A program made the position numbers and the translations under genes. Positions 38,770 to 47,839 of a stretch of DNA of 52,039 nt are shown in pieces. Origin of the DNA: a bacterium (GTDB lineage Bacteria > Patescibacteriota > Minisyncoccia > Phycocordibacterales > CAIZLB01); contig JBAXAB010000004.1 in assembly GCA_037142735.1 (NCBI GenBank), positions 1 through 52,039 of the forward strand. Reading direction: 5' to 3'. The notes below the pieces were generated by a model. It did not search any database. It was not told where the DNA came from and was given only the letters and a program-made list of their open reading frames with translations. Position 1 is the stretch's first letter. Every line of letters starts with the position of its first letter.

Positions 38770-39690
38770 ATGCAAAAAATCATTCAAAAATTAAGAGAAA
38801 TAATTCCGCTTAGTCTAAGGACTCGCATAGGACCATATGTGGCCTATGTAGTTTATATTATCAACGTCTACATATTGGTTAATAGAAAAAGACCAAAAGT
38901 TCTATCCTTAGACCAAACTCTTGATAAGGTCAAAAGTATGGAACTATCGGTAATACGCTTTGGGGATGGTGAAATGTCACTTATAAACAATCACGATCTC
39001 GCATTCCAAAAAAGTGACCCAGAACTAGCCAAAAAAATGACAAAGGTCTTACAGGCTAGACATGACAAATTATTAATTTGTATACCAGGTATATGGGAAA
39101 AAATACACGGATTCAGCAAACGCTCATTTTGGTTTACTCTTCATCATCTATTTAAATATGGAAGTGCTTGGAAAAAAATACTTTCAAGTGATTACGTATA
39201 TGGTGATGCTTTTATCACACGACCGTATTTAAACTATAAAAAGACACCTGCGAGCGAGCGAATTTTTAATAAAATGATTTCTTTGTGGGAACATAAAGAT
39301 GTAGTCCTCATTGAAGGGTCTCAAAGTCGCCTTGGGATAGGAAACGATCTTTTTGCTAACACAAAGTCACTACAAAGAATTTTATGCCCATCAGAGAATG
39401 CATTTTCAAAATATTCTGAGATAAAAAATGTCGCAATGAAAACACCTAATGACAAGCTCGTTCTATTATCACTGGGCCCAACGGCCAAAATTCTAGCGTA
39501 TGACTTATTCTTGGCAGGATACAGAGTTTTAGACATTGGGCATATAGATATGGAATATGAAATGTACCTTCGTAAAAAGCCTGGTATAGTTAAAGTAAAG
39601 TACAAGTATTTCAATGAAATTGAGGAGCGTAACCCTGATGATTGCACAGACCCCGCCTACCTTAGTCAAATAGTGGCCAGAATAGATTAA
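38770..39690 (+). CDS. GT-D fold glycosyltransferase (DUF1792/SP_1767 family)
   Basis: SVIRFGDGE, FITRPY, SRLGIGNDLF, LGPTAKILAYDL, LDIGHIDMEYE. Confidence 0.88.
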   Translation: MQKIIQKLREIIPLSLRTRIGPYVAYVVYIINVYILVNRKRPKVLSLDQTLDKVKSMELSVIRFGDGEMSLINNHDLAFQKSDPELAKKMTKVLQARHDKLLICIPGIWEKIHGFSKRSFWFTLHHLFKYGSAWKKILSSDYVYGDAFITRPYLNYKKTPASERIFNKMISLWEHKDVVLIEGSQSRLGIGNDLFANTKSLQRILCPSENAFSKYSEIKNVAMKTPNDKLVLLSLGPTAKILAYDLFLAGYRVLDIGHIDMEYEMYLRKKPGIVKVKYKYFNEIEERNPDDCTDPAYLSQIVARID

Positions 39691-39700
39691 GTTTAAACAT

Positions 39701-40756
39701 ATGAAAAAGATAAAAATAAAAATTTGTAATTATGATCCGAATGACAAGTGCTCCTATGGTCATTATTTTTTGCAGATTCTCAAGAGACATTACGAGGTTG
39801 AACTTTCTGAGAATCCAGACTACTTATTTTATAACGAATCTACCTACGAACATTTAAAATACGACTGTATCAAAATATTTTATACTGGAGAAAACATCAC
39901 ACCAAACTTTAACTTATGTGACTATGCAATAGGTTTTGATTACATGGAATTTGAAGACAGATACTACCGCCTCCCTATTTATCTTGTTGCCAATTTTTAT
40001 CGACCAGGTGAAATAAGCCAACAGAACAATGCAAAGTTTACCGATCAGCTATCTTTCACTCACAATGACTTATCTCACAAGACCGATTTTTGTAGTTTTG
40101 TATATTCAAACTATCTCGGAGACTCTACCAGAGAAGAGTTTTTTACTAAATTGAGCATGTATAAAAAAGTAAACGCCGGGGGTGCTTATTTAAACAACGT
40201 TGGAGGAAGAGTGGAAAACAAATTAGATTTTGAAACAAAGCACAAATTTTCCATCGCATTTGAAAATTCATCTAGAAATGGTTACACCACTGAAAAACTA
40301 CCCACCGCCCTCATGGCTAAGACTATTCCCATTTATTGGGGTAATCCACTCATTAATGAAGAATTCAACGAAGAGAGATTTGTCAATTGTCATGCGTACA
40401 AAAATTTTGATGAAGTAGTGGAAAGGATCAAAGAAATCGACAACGATGACGATGTGTACCTAAAAATGATTAACCAACCCGTTAGCACTACTTATGATTT
40501 TGATGAAATCCAGACAGGCTTTGAAAGCTTTTTGAAAAAGATTATAGACCAACCAATTCAACTTGCACAGCGCCGAACTATAAACCCAATGAGAAAAAGA
40601 GAACTCGAAAAAAACGAGGGCGTTGTGGCAAGGTACGCACGACGAAAGTCTTTATCCACAAAAGTTCTGGCAACAATGTACCAACCATTTAAGAAATCTA
40701 AATTGCTTGATCGTTTAAAACAAAAGTACCTAAAATATAAATCTTTAAAAAAATAA
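39701..40756 (+). CDS. GT10 alpha-1,3/4-fucosyltransferase-like
   Basis: FYTGEN..PNFNLCDYAIGFD, FCSFVYSN, KFSIAFENS...GYTTEKL, IPIYWG. Confidence 0.9.
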   Translation: MKKIKIKICNYDPNDKCSYGHYFLQILKRHYEVELSENPDYLFYNESTYEHLKYDCIKIFYTGENITPNFNLCDYAIGFDYMEFEDRYYRLPIYLVANFYRPGEISQQNNAKFTDQLSFTHNDLSHKTDFCSFVYSNYLGDSTREEFFTKLSMYKKVNAGGAYLNNVGGRVENKLDFETKHKFSIAFENSSRNGYTTEKLPTALMAKTIPIYWGNPLINEEFNEERFVNCHAYKNFDEVVERIKEIDNDDDVYLKMINQPVSTTYDFDEIQTGFESFLKKIIDQPIQLAQRRTINPMRKRELEKNEGVVARYARRKSLSTKVLATMYQPFKKSKLLDRLKQKYLKYKSLKK

Positions 40757-40757
40757 C

Positions 40758-41735
40758 ATGCCTCTCATCCTTCTCACTGAATCACCCGTGTTCTGTTTTT
40801 CGAAAGAAACACTAAAAAATATATTACGAAAAATTATGGGTAAAAACAGAGGTCCCCAGGCGGTCACCGCAAGTTTAACTCGAGGCCTTACACAGCTAGG
40901 AATTGCTTTTGAGCTCAACCCACCTATCAACACATTCGTTCATCCAGTGGAAATAGTCCATGTTATTTCTGGCATAGAGACATTACGTTGGGCCATCGAG
41001 CAAAAAAAACTTGGTCGCATTAAAAAACTAGTCGCTGGTCCAACTATTGTAGTATCCCCACTTGATCACGACGCAATTCTTGCCAGCCAAGAGATCGATA
41101 CAATACTTTGCCCATCCCAATGGGTTAAGGACTACTATGAAAGTAAAATTCCCGAATGCAGAGACAAGATACGTGTGTGGTACGCAGGTGTTGAAATTCC
41201 GGAAGATTACAAAAAAGAAGCGAGCCTAGGTGATGGTCGCGACAAAAAATGTTTAATTTACATAAAAAATGATAGCTACACCAATACAGATGAGCTTATA
41301 AAAAGCTGTACTGCATTAGGAATAAAGACTAACACTATCAATTATGGTGGATTCGGAAGAAATCAATATTTTAGAGATCTGTTAAATTCTGATTTTTTAA
41401 TTTACGTTGGCAAGACAGAAAGCCAAGGCCTCGCTCTACACGAAGCATGGGCACGAAACATCCCTACCCTCGTGCTTAATGTTGAGAAGTGGAAATATAA
41501 AAATGATGAATGGTCAGACCCATTAATCTCAGCGCCGTATTTGGACCAGACTACTGGTATGTTTTTTAAAGAATCTGACAACCTAAAGGATACATTGTTG
41601 GAATTTATTGGTAATTCTCGACAGTTTACCCCAAGAGACACCTCTATTCGATTATTTTCTGACGAGGAAACCACTAAAAAATACTTGAAAATAATCTCTA
41701 CACACCAATTAACCTCGAGCCTAGAAGTGTTATAA
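40758..41735 (+). CDS. GT-B glycosyltransferase (GT4-like)
   Basis: LCPSQWV, TESQGLALHEAWARNIP (Ex7E). Confidence 0.75.
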   Translation: MPLILLTESPVFCFSKETLKNILRKIMGKNRGPQAVTASLTRGLTQLGIAFELNPPINTFVHPVEIVHVISGIETLRWAIEQKKLGRIKKLVAGPTIVVSPLDHDAILASQEIDTILCPSQWVKDYYESKIPECRDKIRVWYAGVEIPEDYKKEASLGDGRDKKCLIYIKNDSYTNTDELIKSCTALGIKTNTINYGGFGRNQYFRDLLNSDFLIYVGKTESQGLALHEAWARNIPTLVLNVEKWKYKNDEWSDPLISAPYLDQTTGMFFKESDNLKDTLLEFIGNSRQFTPRDTSIRLFSDEETTKKYLKIISTHQLTSSLEVL

Positions 41736-41745
41736 TTAAAAGTAC

Positions 41746-42624
41746 ATGATAATCATTCGCTTAAAGGGAGGCCTAGGCAATCAAATGTTTCAATATGCTT
41801 TTGGACGCGCTTTATCTATGAGAAGGAACGAGCCAATTCTCCTCGATACCTCTGGATTTGGAAAAGAACCCTCAATAGACACCCCGCGAGAATACGCATT
41901 GGGTGCATATAATATTCAGGAACAGTTTGCAAACCTTTTGGTCACAGCACCCTTCAACACGAAAAGAGCGAGCTTCTTTAGAAAAATTAAAAGAAGACTT
42001 CTACGCCTAAATGATTTTACGTACCACTCTTCCCTCGCGCATTCGAGGGCTACTTTCTTTGAGGGTTTTTGGAATAATGAAAAATATTTCAAAGAGTTTA
42101 GTAAAACTATACGACATGAATTTACTTTAAAAAACAATCTTACTGCTGCGGCTGAAAAAATTGTTACACAAATGATTCAAGAGAACAAAGAAGGTATCCA
42201 AACCGTTTCCCTCCATGTACGACGAGGTGATTATATTTCAAACCCTTATGCAAGAGCAGAGCATAATATAGTGACATTAGAATATTATGAAAAAGCACTT
42301 TTCTATTTAGCTTCAAAAATAAAGAAGGACAACATAAAAATCTATATATTTTCTGATGATGTACCTTGGGTGAAACACAATCTTAAGATGCCAGATTATG
42401 CCGTTGAATATGTAAACTTGGAAGCTGGAGCACTTCGGGACGCAGAGGAAATGCACCTTATGAGCCTCTGTTCTAACAACATAATCGCAAATTCCACATA
42501 CAGCTGGTGGGGTGCTTGGCTAAACCGTAATCCTTCAAAAATCGTCATCGCACCATTGCAGTGGATTAGAAATCCATATATAAATACACATGATGTCTGT
42601 CCTCCAGAATGGATTCGACTATAA
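41746..42624 (+). CDS. GT11 alpha-1,2-fucosyltransferase-like
   Basis: GGLGNQMFQYA, LHVRRGDY, IFSDD, IIANSTYSWWGAWL. Confidence 0.93.
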   Translation: MIIIRLKGGLGNQMFQYAFGRALSMRRNEPILLDTSGFGKEPSIDTPREYALGAYNIQEQFANLLVTAPFNTKRASFFRKIKRRLLRLNDFTYHSSLAHSRATFFEGFWNNEKYFKEFSKTIRHEFTLKNNLTAAAEKIVTQMIQENKEGIQTVSLHVRRGDYISNPYARAEHNIVTLEYYEKALFYLASKIKKDNIKIYIFSDDVPWVKHNLKMPDYAVEYVNLEAGALRDAEEMHLMSLCSNNIIANSTYSWWGAWLNRNPSKIVIAPLQWIRNPYINTHDVCPPEWIRL

Positions 42625-42631
42625 CAAAAAA

Positions 42632-43408
42632 ATGATCAGCATTATTATTACAACAAAAAACGGAAGCGCATTTATTGAAAACGCCATCAAGAGCATTCAG
42701 GCTCAAACTGAAAAAGATTTTGAATTGATCATTATTTCTGATGGCTCGACCGATAACACAGAAAAAATAGTCACAACAATAGCCGGAACTGATTCACGGA
42801 TAAAGCTAATTCATCTTGATCAATGCGTTGGACCAGGTAAGGCTCGAGCCTTGGCAATCGAAAAATCGCAGGGTGAATTCATCGCAATCTTGGACGATGA
42901 TGACGTGTGGATATCGAATCAAAAACTTGCTATTCAAAAGACTTTTTTAATCGATAACCCAGGCTATGTATTAGTTGGGTCCGATCATGTTCAGCTTGTC
43001 GATGAACATAAAAAACCTTTATATGTGTTCGAATCAGAAAAAAATAGCGCTGATATCAACCAACATTTTTTACTGCACAACCCTTTCGTGACCTCGTCGG
43101 TCATGTTTAGAAAAGATGCATACATCAGGGCCGGTGGATTTTCAGATCTTCGCCTCGCTGAAGAGTACGAATTGTGGCTCAAAATGGGGACTCTGGGAAA
43201 TGTAGCGAATTTACAAAAATGTGAAGTTCAATACATGCAAAGAGCAAGCGGTCTGACATTATCTCGCAAACAAGATATGAATAAAATTGTGTTACATCTA
43301 GTAAAACGTCATAAATATGACTACCCGCTTTATCATCTGGCTTTATTAAAATGCTACCTCAGAATTATACTTGGCTGGTTAAAACTGAGAATAAGATCAC
43401 CCCTTTAA
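42632..43408 (+). CDS. Glycosyltransferase family 2
   Basis: ISIIITTKNG, SDGSTD, ILDDDDVW, SSVMFRK, AEEYELW. Confidence 0.9.
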   Translation: MISIIITTKNGSAFIENAIKSIQAQTEKDFELIIISDGSTDNTEKIVTTIAGTDSRIKLIHLDQCVGPGKARALAIEKSQGEFIAILDDDDVWISNQKLAIQKTFLIDNPGYVLVGSDHVQLVDEHKKPLYVFESEKNSADINQHFLLHNPFVTSSVMFRKDAYIRAGGFSDLRLAEEYELWLKMGTLGNVANLQKCEVQYMQRASGLTLSRKQDMNKIVLHLVKRHKYDYPLYHLALLKCYLRIILGWLKLRIRSPL

Positions 43409-45385
43409 AATATCGTTAAGAACGTCTTCTGGAACTTCTCTAATTTTATTAGGAATATGGGCAACAACAGACTGACCAACTGGATTAGCTTTGGGTTGCG
43501 GAGGTGGGACATCCACAGCTGGTTTTGGTGCCGTGTTTTCAACATCAACAACAGGGGCGGGTTTTTTAGAATCTGCAATCAAATCACGTAGGGCATTCAA
43601 TTGTTCAGGTTTAGCAGACTTCTCATTTTTGTCATTTTTTAAAGTGTCGTTGTGGAGATAACTAAGAGAAATAACCTGACGTAAATCAGTTTCGCTTTCT
43701 TTACGTTTTGTATCATCTGCAATTTTAATTTCTTCTTTTACAGCTTTTTCCCTTTCTAAGGTTGCCTTACGAATCGCGTCAGCAAGGACCATTTTATTTC
43801 CATCTTTTTGAGGATCTCTGGGTGATGGATTATGTGGACGAGCAGTCGGTTCACCTTGCAAACCTTTGAATAATTCGACACTTCTAGCAGGTCGTCGATT
43901 TTCTTCACGAACTTGATGAGCGTGTGGGGCCTGTGATGAAGCTACTAGACGATCGCGATCTTTATTACTGAAACCAGCACTGGCCACACTAGGTCGTGAA
44001 GGTGCAGACGCAGTAACTGCTCCAGCATATCCAGATGGTTTAACAGGTTTTGCATCTTTGTTTTGAACAAGTGTCGGAGCGTCATTAAATCTCTGTAAAT
44101 GCCAACCTTTTATTTCCTCCTCAACCATCGCACGAGGTCGAGCAAATTGTTCACGTGAAGTCGCAATAATTTTATCTTTGTAATTTATTTCCGGTTTTTT
44201 AGCGTCGGGTAGTCCACGAGCAGAAAAAGGGCGAGAGCTTACTCCATCAATCATTAATTTTAAGTACATTTGGTACTTACCTAAATTCACCAAATCCTCC
44301 TGAGTAAACGTTGGGGTAAATTCCTTCTCAAGCACCTCCCCATCAGTGGCACCTACACGGAAAGTAATCATGGTACCAACGTTTCCAAAAACTGCTGCAC
44401 GAACCTCATCTGGCATCTGTTCAATGTATTGGTGAGCGATTGTGAGACTTAATTTATATTTTCTAGCTTCAGATAAAATATCCGCAAATGATTCATTGGC
44501 AAATGATTGAAATTCATCCACATATAAATAAAATGGAGCCGCCTCCTTCATGTCCTTCTCGGATAGATCTGCACGCGACATGGCTGCTAGATAAATTTTA
44601 GTTACCAGCATACTTCCTATCAAGTTTGCATTGGCCTCACCCACTCGCCCTTTCGACAAGTTAATGATTAAAATCTTTCTTTCATCCATCATTTTTCTGA
44701 TATCAAAAGTAGATTTGGTTTGTCCAATAATATTTCGGATAATCGGATTTGCTACGAATTGTCCGACTTTGTTTTGGATTGCAGGAGCGGCCTCAGCCGC
44801 AAACTTGTCTGTATATTTTGCATATTCATCAACCCAGAAAGACCTCACCGATGGATCTGTGATGTTTGCCACCACTTTGTTTCTAAATTCCTTGTCTGCT
44901 AGCATACGGTTCACTCCAAGAAGAGTCGATCCAGGAAATTCCAACAACGCCAACATGATGTTGTTCAAAATATATTCCATTCGGGCACTCCACGCATCAA
45001 CCCAAATCTTTTTGAAGGCACTCATTAATCCATTGGCTACAAGGTGCCTACGATCTGCGCCTACGTCCTCCATCACGTTAAAGGCCACTGGGTACTCCAT
45101 ATCAAATGGAGCGAAATACACCACGTCTTTGATGCGATGTTCTGGAATATAATCGAGAAGAAGTTCTGCTGACTTTCCGTGTGGATCTATAAAGGCAACA
45201 CCCTCACCATTTTGAATATCCTGGATCGCCATGTTTTCGAGAAGCGTAGACTTTCCCATACCTGTCTTTCCAATAGCATATATATGCTTGAGACGATCGT
45301 GCATTTTGATACCAAATCGTAACTGCCTGTTTCTGGCATCCGTCTCACCGAAATATGTTACGCGATTTTCATCATGAGAACTCAT
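43397..45385 (-). CDS. VirD4/TraG-like P-loop ATPase (T4SS coupling-protein-like) with low-complexity tail
   Basis: GKTGMGKS (Walker A), FIDPHG, LYVDEFQ (Walker B), LSEARKY, AHQY. Confidence 0.85.
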   Translation of the reverse strand: MSSHDENRVTYFGETDARNRQLRFGIKMHDRLKHIYAIGKTGMGKSTLLENMAIQDIQNGEGVAFIDPHGKSAELLLDYIPEHRIKDVVYFAPFDMEYPVAFNVMEDVGADRRHLVANGLMSAFKKIWVDAWSARMEYILNNIMLALLEFPGSTLLGVNRMLADKEFRNKVVANITDPSVRSFWVDEYAKYTDKFAAEAAPAIQNKVGQFVANPIIRNIIGQTKSTFDIRKMMDERKILIINLSKGRVGEANANLIGSMLVTKIYLAAMSRADLSEKDMKEAAPFYLYVDEFQSFANESFADILSEARKYKLSLTIAHQYIEQMPDEVRAAVFGNVGTMITFRVGATDGEVLEKEFTPTFTQEDLVNLGKYQMYLKLMIDGVSSRPFSARGLPDAKKPEINYKDKIIATSREQFARPRAMVEEEIKGWHLQRFNDAPTLVQNKDAKPVKPSGYAGAVTASAPSRPSVASAGFSNKDRDRLVASSQAPHAHQVREENRRPARSVELFKGLQGEPTARPHNPSPRDPQKDGNKMVLADAIRKATLEREKAVKEEIKIADDTKRKESETDLRQVISLSYLHNDTLKNDKNEKSAKPEQLNALRDLIADSKKPAPVVDVENTAPKPAVDVPPPQPKANPVGQSVVAHIPNKIREVPEDVLNDILKG

Positions 45386-45529
45386 TGATGATTATTATAC
45401 TCCATTATTTTATTGGGGGCTACGCGATTTTAATTGATTTTAACCAGACACCCCACCTTTTCTCCATTTAGCTATTTATTACTCTTTAAATGAACTTATA
45501 AGGCCTTTTAACCTTACCTATAGGCAAAG

Positions 45530-46273
45530 TTACTGTGGCCACACAATACACACAAATTCCCCTTTAGTCTTGACTGGGTTTGCGTGGAGGTGTTCTAACA
45601 GATGTTGAGGGGTATCGCACATGAGTTCTTCATACATTTTGGTAATTTCACGCGCAATGGAGATTTTTCTTTCAGATTGTGAGGCCGTTTCGAAGTGTTT
45701 TGCAAGAGATTCCAACGTTTTTAGAATTCGATGAGTTGATTCATAAAAAACAACGGCACGCTCTGATTCGACCATTTCTTTAAATAAAGTCTCCCTCCCC
45801 TTTTTGTGTGGGATAAAGCCAGTAAAGAGAAAATCCGATGTGGTAATCCCAGCAATTGAAAAAGCTGCTGTTAAAGCACTTGGTCCAGGGACAGCCTCAA
45901 TTTTAATAGGTGCCGCAATCTCGGTATTTTTGAGATTGATTCGACTAACGAGGAGCGCTCCCGGGTCAGAAATACCCGGAGTGCCGGCATCGGTCACAAT
46001 AGCCATATTTTTACCTTCTGATAGCAAATTAATAATTGCATCGATTTTTTGATCTGTACTATGTGTATGGAAGCTTTCTGTTTTAGTTCCAATTTCATAG
46101 TGACTTAGCAACTTCCTGGTTGTTCGAGTATCTTCGCACAAAATAACATCAACTGATTTTAAAATACGCAAAGCTCGAAGAGTAATGTCCTCGAGATTTC
46201 CGATAGGAGTTCCAACTACATACAAAACTCCCCCAACATTTGTATTTTCGATTTGAGATTCTTTAGAGCTCAT
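45530..46273 (-). CDS. rsmI: 16S rRNA (cytidine1402-2'-O)-methyltransferase
   Basis: LYVVGTPIGNLEDIT.RA, CEDTR, DAGTPGISDPG, AREITK.YEE, KGEFV. Confidence 0.96.
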   Translation of the reverse strand: MSSKESQIENTNVGGVLYVVGTPIGNLEDITLRALRILKSVDVILCEDTRTTRKLLSHYEIGTKTESFHTHSTDQKIDAIINLLSEGKNMAIVTDAGTPGISDPGALLVSRINLKNTEIAAPIKIEAVPGPSALTAAFSIAGITTSDFLFTGFIPHKKGRETLFKEMVESERAVVFYESTHRILKTLESLAKHFETASQSERKISIAREITKMYEELMCDTPQHLLEHLHANPVKTKGEFVCIVWPQ

Positions 46274-46276
46274 AAA

Positions 46277-47065
46277 TTAATAATCGGCTTGAATACTATT
46301 AAATCCGTTTTTAGTAATAATAATGTGATCGAGGACGTGGACTCCGACAATTTTTCCAGCCTGGATTAATTGTTTCGTCACTTCTATATCAGCTTGGCTT
46401 GGTTCGGCAATTCCTGAGGGATGATTATGCGCCAAAATTAAAGCTACAGCATTGTGTTCGAGAGCAGGTCGAAAGACTTCTCGAGGATGGGTCAGATTGC
46501 TGTTTACAGTACCAATGGCAATAACCTCGTCGTGAATAACACGATTATGACTGTCTAGATAAATTCCGCGCATCTGCTCTTTTGGTAAGTTGTGCATGTC
46601 ATGTAGATATTCATAGGTCTCGTTTGCATTTCTGAGGACAGTAAGGCCACTTTCATTCCTCTGATATAAACGTCGCCCCAATTCACCAATAGCTACAACT
46701 TGAGTAGCTTTAACAATTGGGATATCCAGTTCTAAAGAAAGTTTTTTAGCATCAATGTGGTTCAAGAGCGCACTTGTACCGTACTCACGAACGATTCTCT
46801 GGGACATTTCCAACACACCTTCCTTGGTCGTGCCTGAATTTAAAATAACCGCCAAAAGTTCTGCCATAGACAGAGCGGCTGGACCACCTGTTAAGATCTT
46901 TTCTCTGGGCTTGTCCTCACGAGGCAAATCACGAACCCTTAGGACATATCTGTCCTGATCGAGAGACCAAGAATCTGCCATTGGTGTGGCAAAATCAGGA
47001 GACATGACCAAATCACTTTCTTTTAATTTGTAAGGTGAAAGCAGGGCAATTGATGTCTTTTTCAT
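46277..47065 (-). CDS. radC: RadC-family JAB-domain protein
   Basis: PREK, ELLAVIL, HPREVF, AHNHPSG..EPS.AD, LDHIII. Confidence 0.94.
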   Translation of the reverse strand: MKKTSIALLSPYKLKESDLVMSPDFATPMADSWSLDQDRYVLRVRDLPREDKPREKILTGGPAALSMAELLAVILNSGTTKEGVLEMSQRIVREYGTSALLNHIDAKKLSLELDIPIVKATQVVAIGELGRRLYQRNESGLTVLRNANETYEYLHDMHNLPKEQMRGIYLDSHNRVIHDEVIAIGTVNSNLTHPREVFRPALEHNAVALILAHNHPSGIAEPSQADIEVTKQLIQAGKIVGVHVLDHIIITKNGFNSIQADY

Positions 47066-47108
47066 GCCCGAAGTATATACCAAGCAGGCTTAAAATAAAA
47101 TGAAGGAT

Positions 47109-47822
47109 TTAGGCTTTCTCAACAGAAATATCTGTGAAAATAAGAGGCTCCTTCATCTCATTTAGGATGCGAGCTGGGGTCGTATACATACTTCCTTCCT
47201 TAGCAACCGTCAGAGAGAGGGCTTCCGCTTTTTCAACACCCACAATATACACAAGCGGAAAATCAACAGATTTCATAAAAGGAAAAGTAACTGTTGTCCT
47301 CTCTGTGTGAAGATCACTTTGCGCAATCAAATCTGTTGCGAGGATATCTGGATTATTGAACTTACTATCAAATTCAACATTCGATACTACATTCGGAATA
47401 ATTCCTGCAATATGCCCGTCCTTCCCCACCCCAAACAAAGCAATAATTTTTCCGTGCGGAAAATCTCTCTTCCATTCCTTAAGATTTTTAGCAAACCTCT
47501 CTGAGTGTTCTTTGTGATGCTCTCCACTAAAGATCTGGGTATCTATGCAGTAAGCGCCAGCTTCGATTAATGAATTGTAGAATGATGTAGCCTGAAGGGC
47601 TGCGAAATTATTTGCTTCGATATCATCTGTGTATCGGTCGTCCGTAACAGTTACTGTTACTTGATCAGTCAATAAATCTACATCAATAAGTGAAACTACA
47701 CCCAGAGAAGATCCCCCGGCCAACATCAAAAGCACAGGTTGACTAGCATGTGTCGCCAATAGACTATTTATATACGCACCAGCATTTCCTTTTGGATCGT
47801 CGCTTGTTTGAATGCGTAACAT
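47109..47822 (-). CDS. pgl: 6-phosphogluconolactonase-like (NagB/Pgl fold)
   Basis: LMLAGGSS, TDDRY, GVGKDGHIAGI, ERTTVT, GVEK. Confidence 0.72.
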   Translation of the reverse strand: MLRIQTSDDPKGNAGAYINSLLATHASQPVLLMLAGGSSLGVVSLIDVDLLTDQVTVTVTDDRYTDDIEANNFAALQATSFYNSLIEAGAYCIDTQIFSGEHHKEHSERFAKNLKEWKRDFPHGKIIALFGVGKDGHIAGIIPNVVSNVEFDSKFNNPDILATDLIAQSDLHTERTTVTFPFMKSVDFPLVYIVGVEKAEALSLTVAKEGSMYTTPARILNEMKEPLIFTDISVEKA

Positions 47823-47839
47823 ATATATATTAAGAGGGT

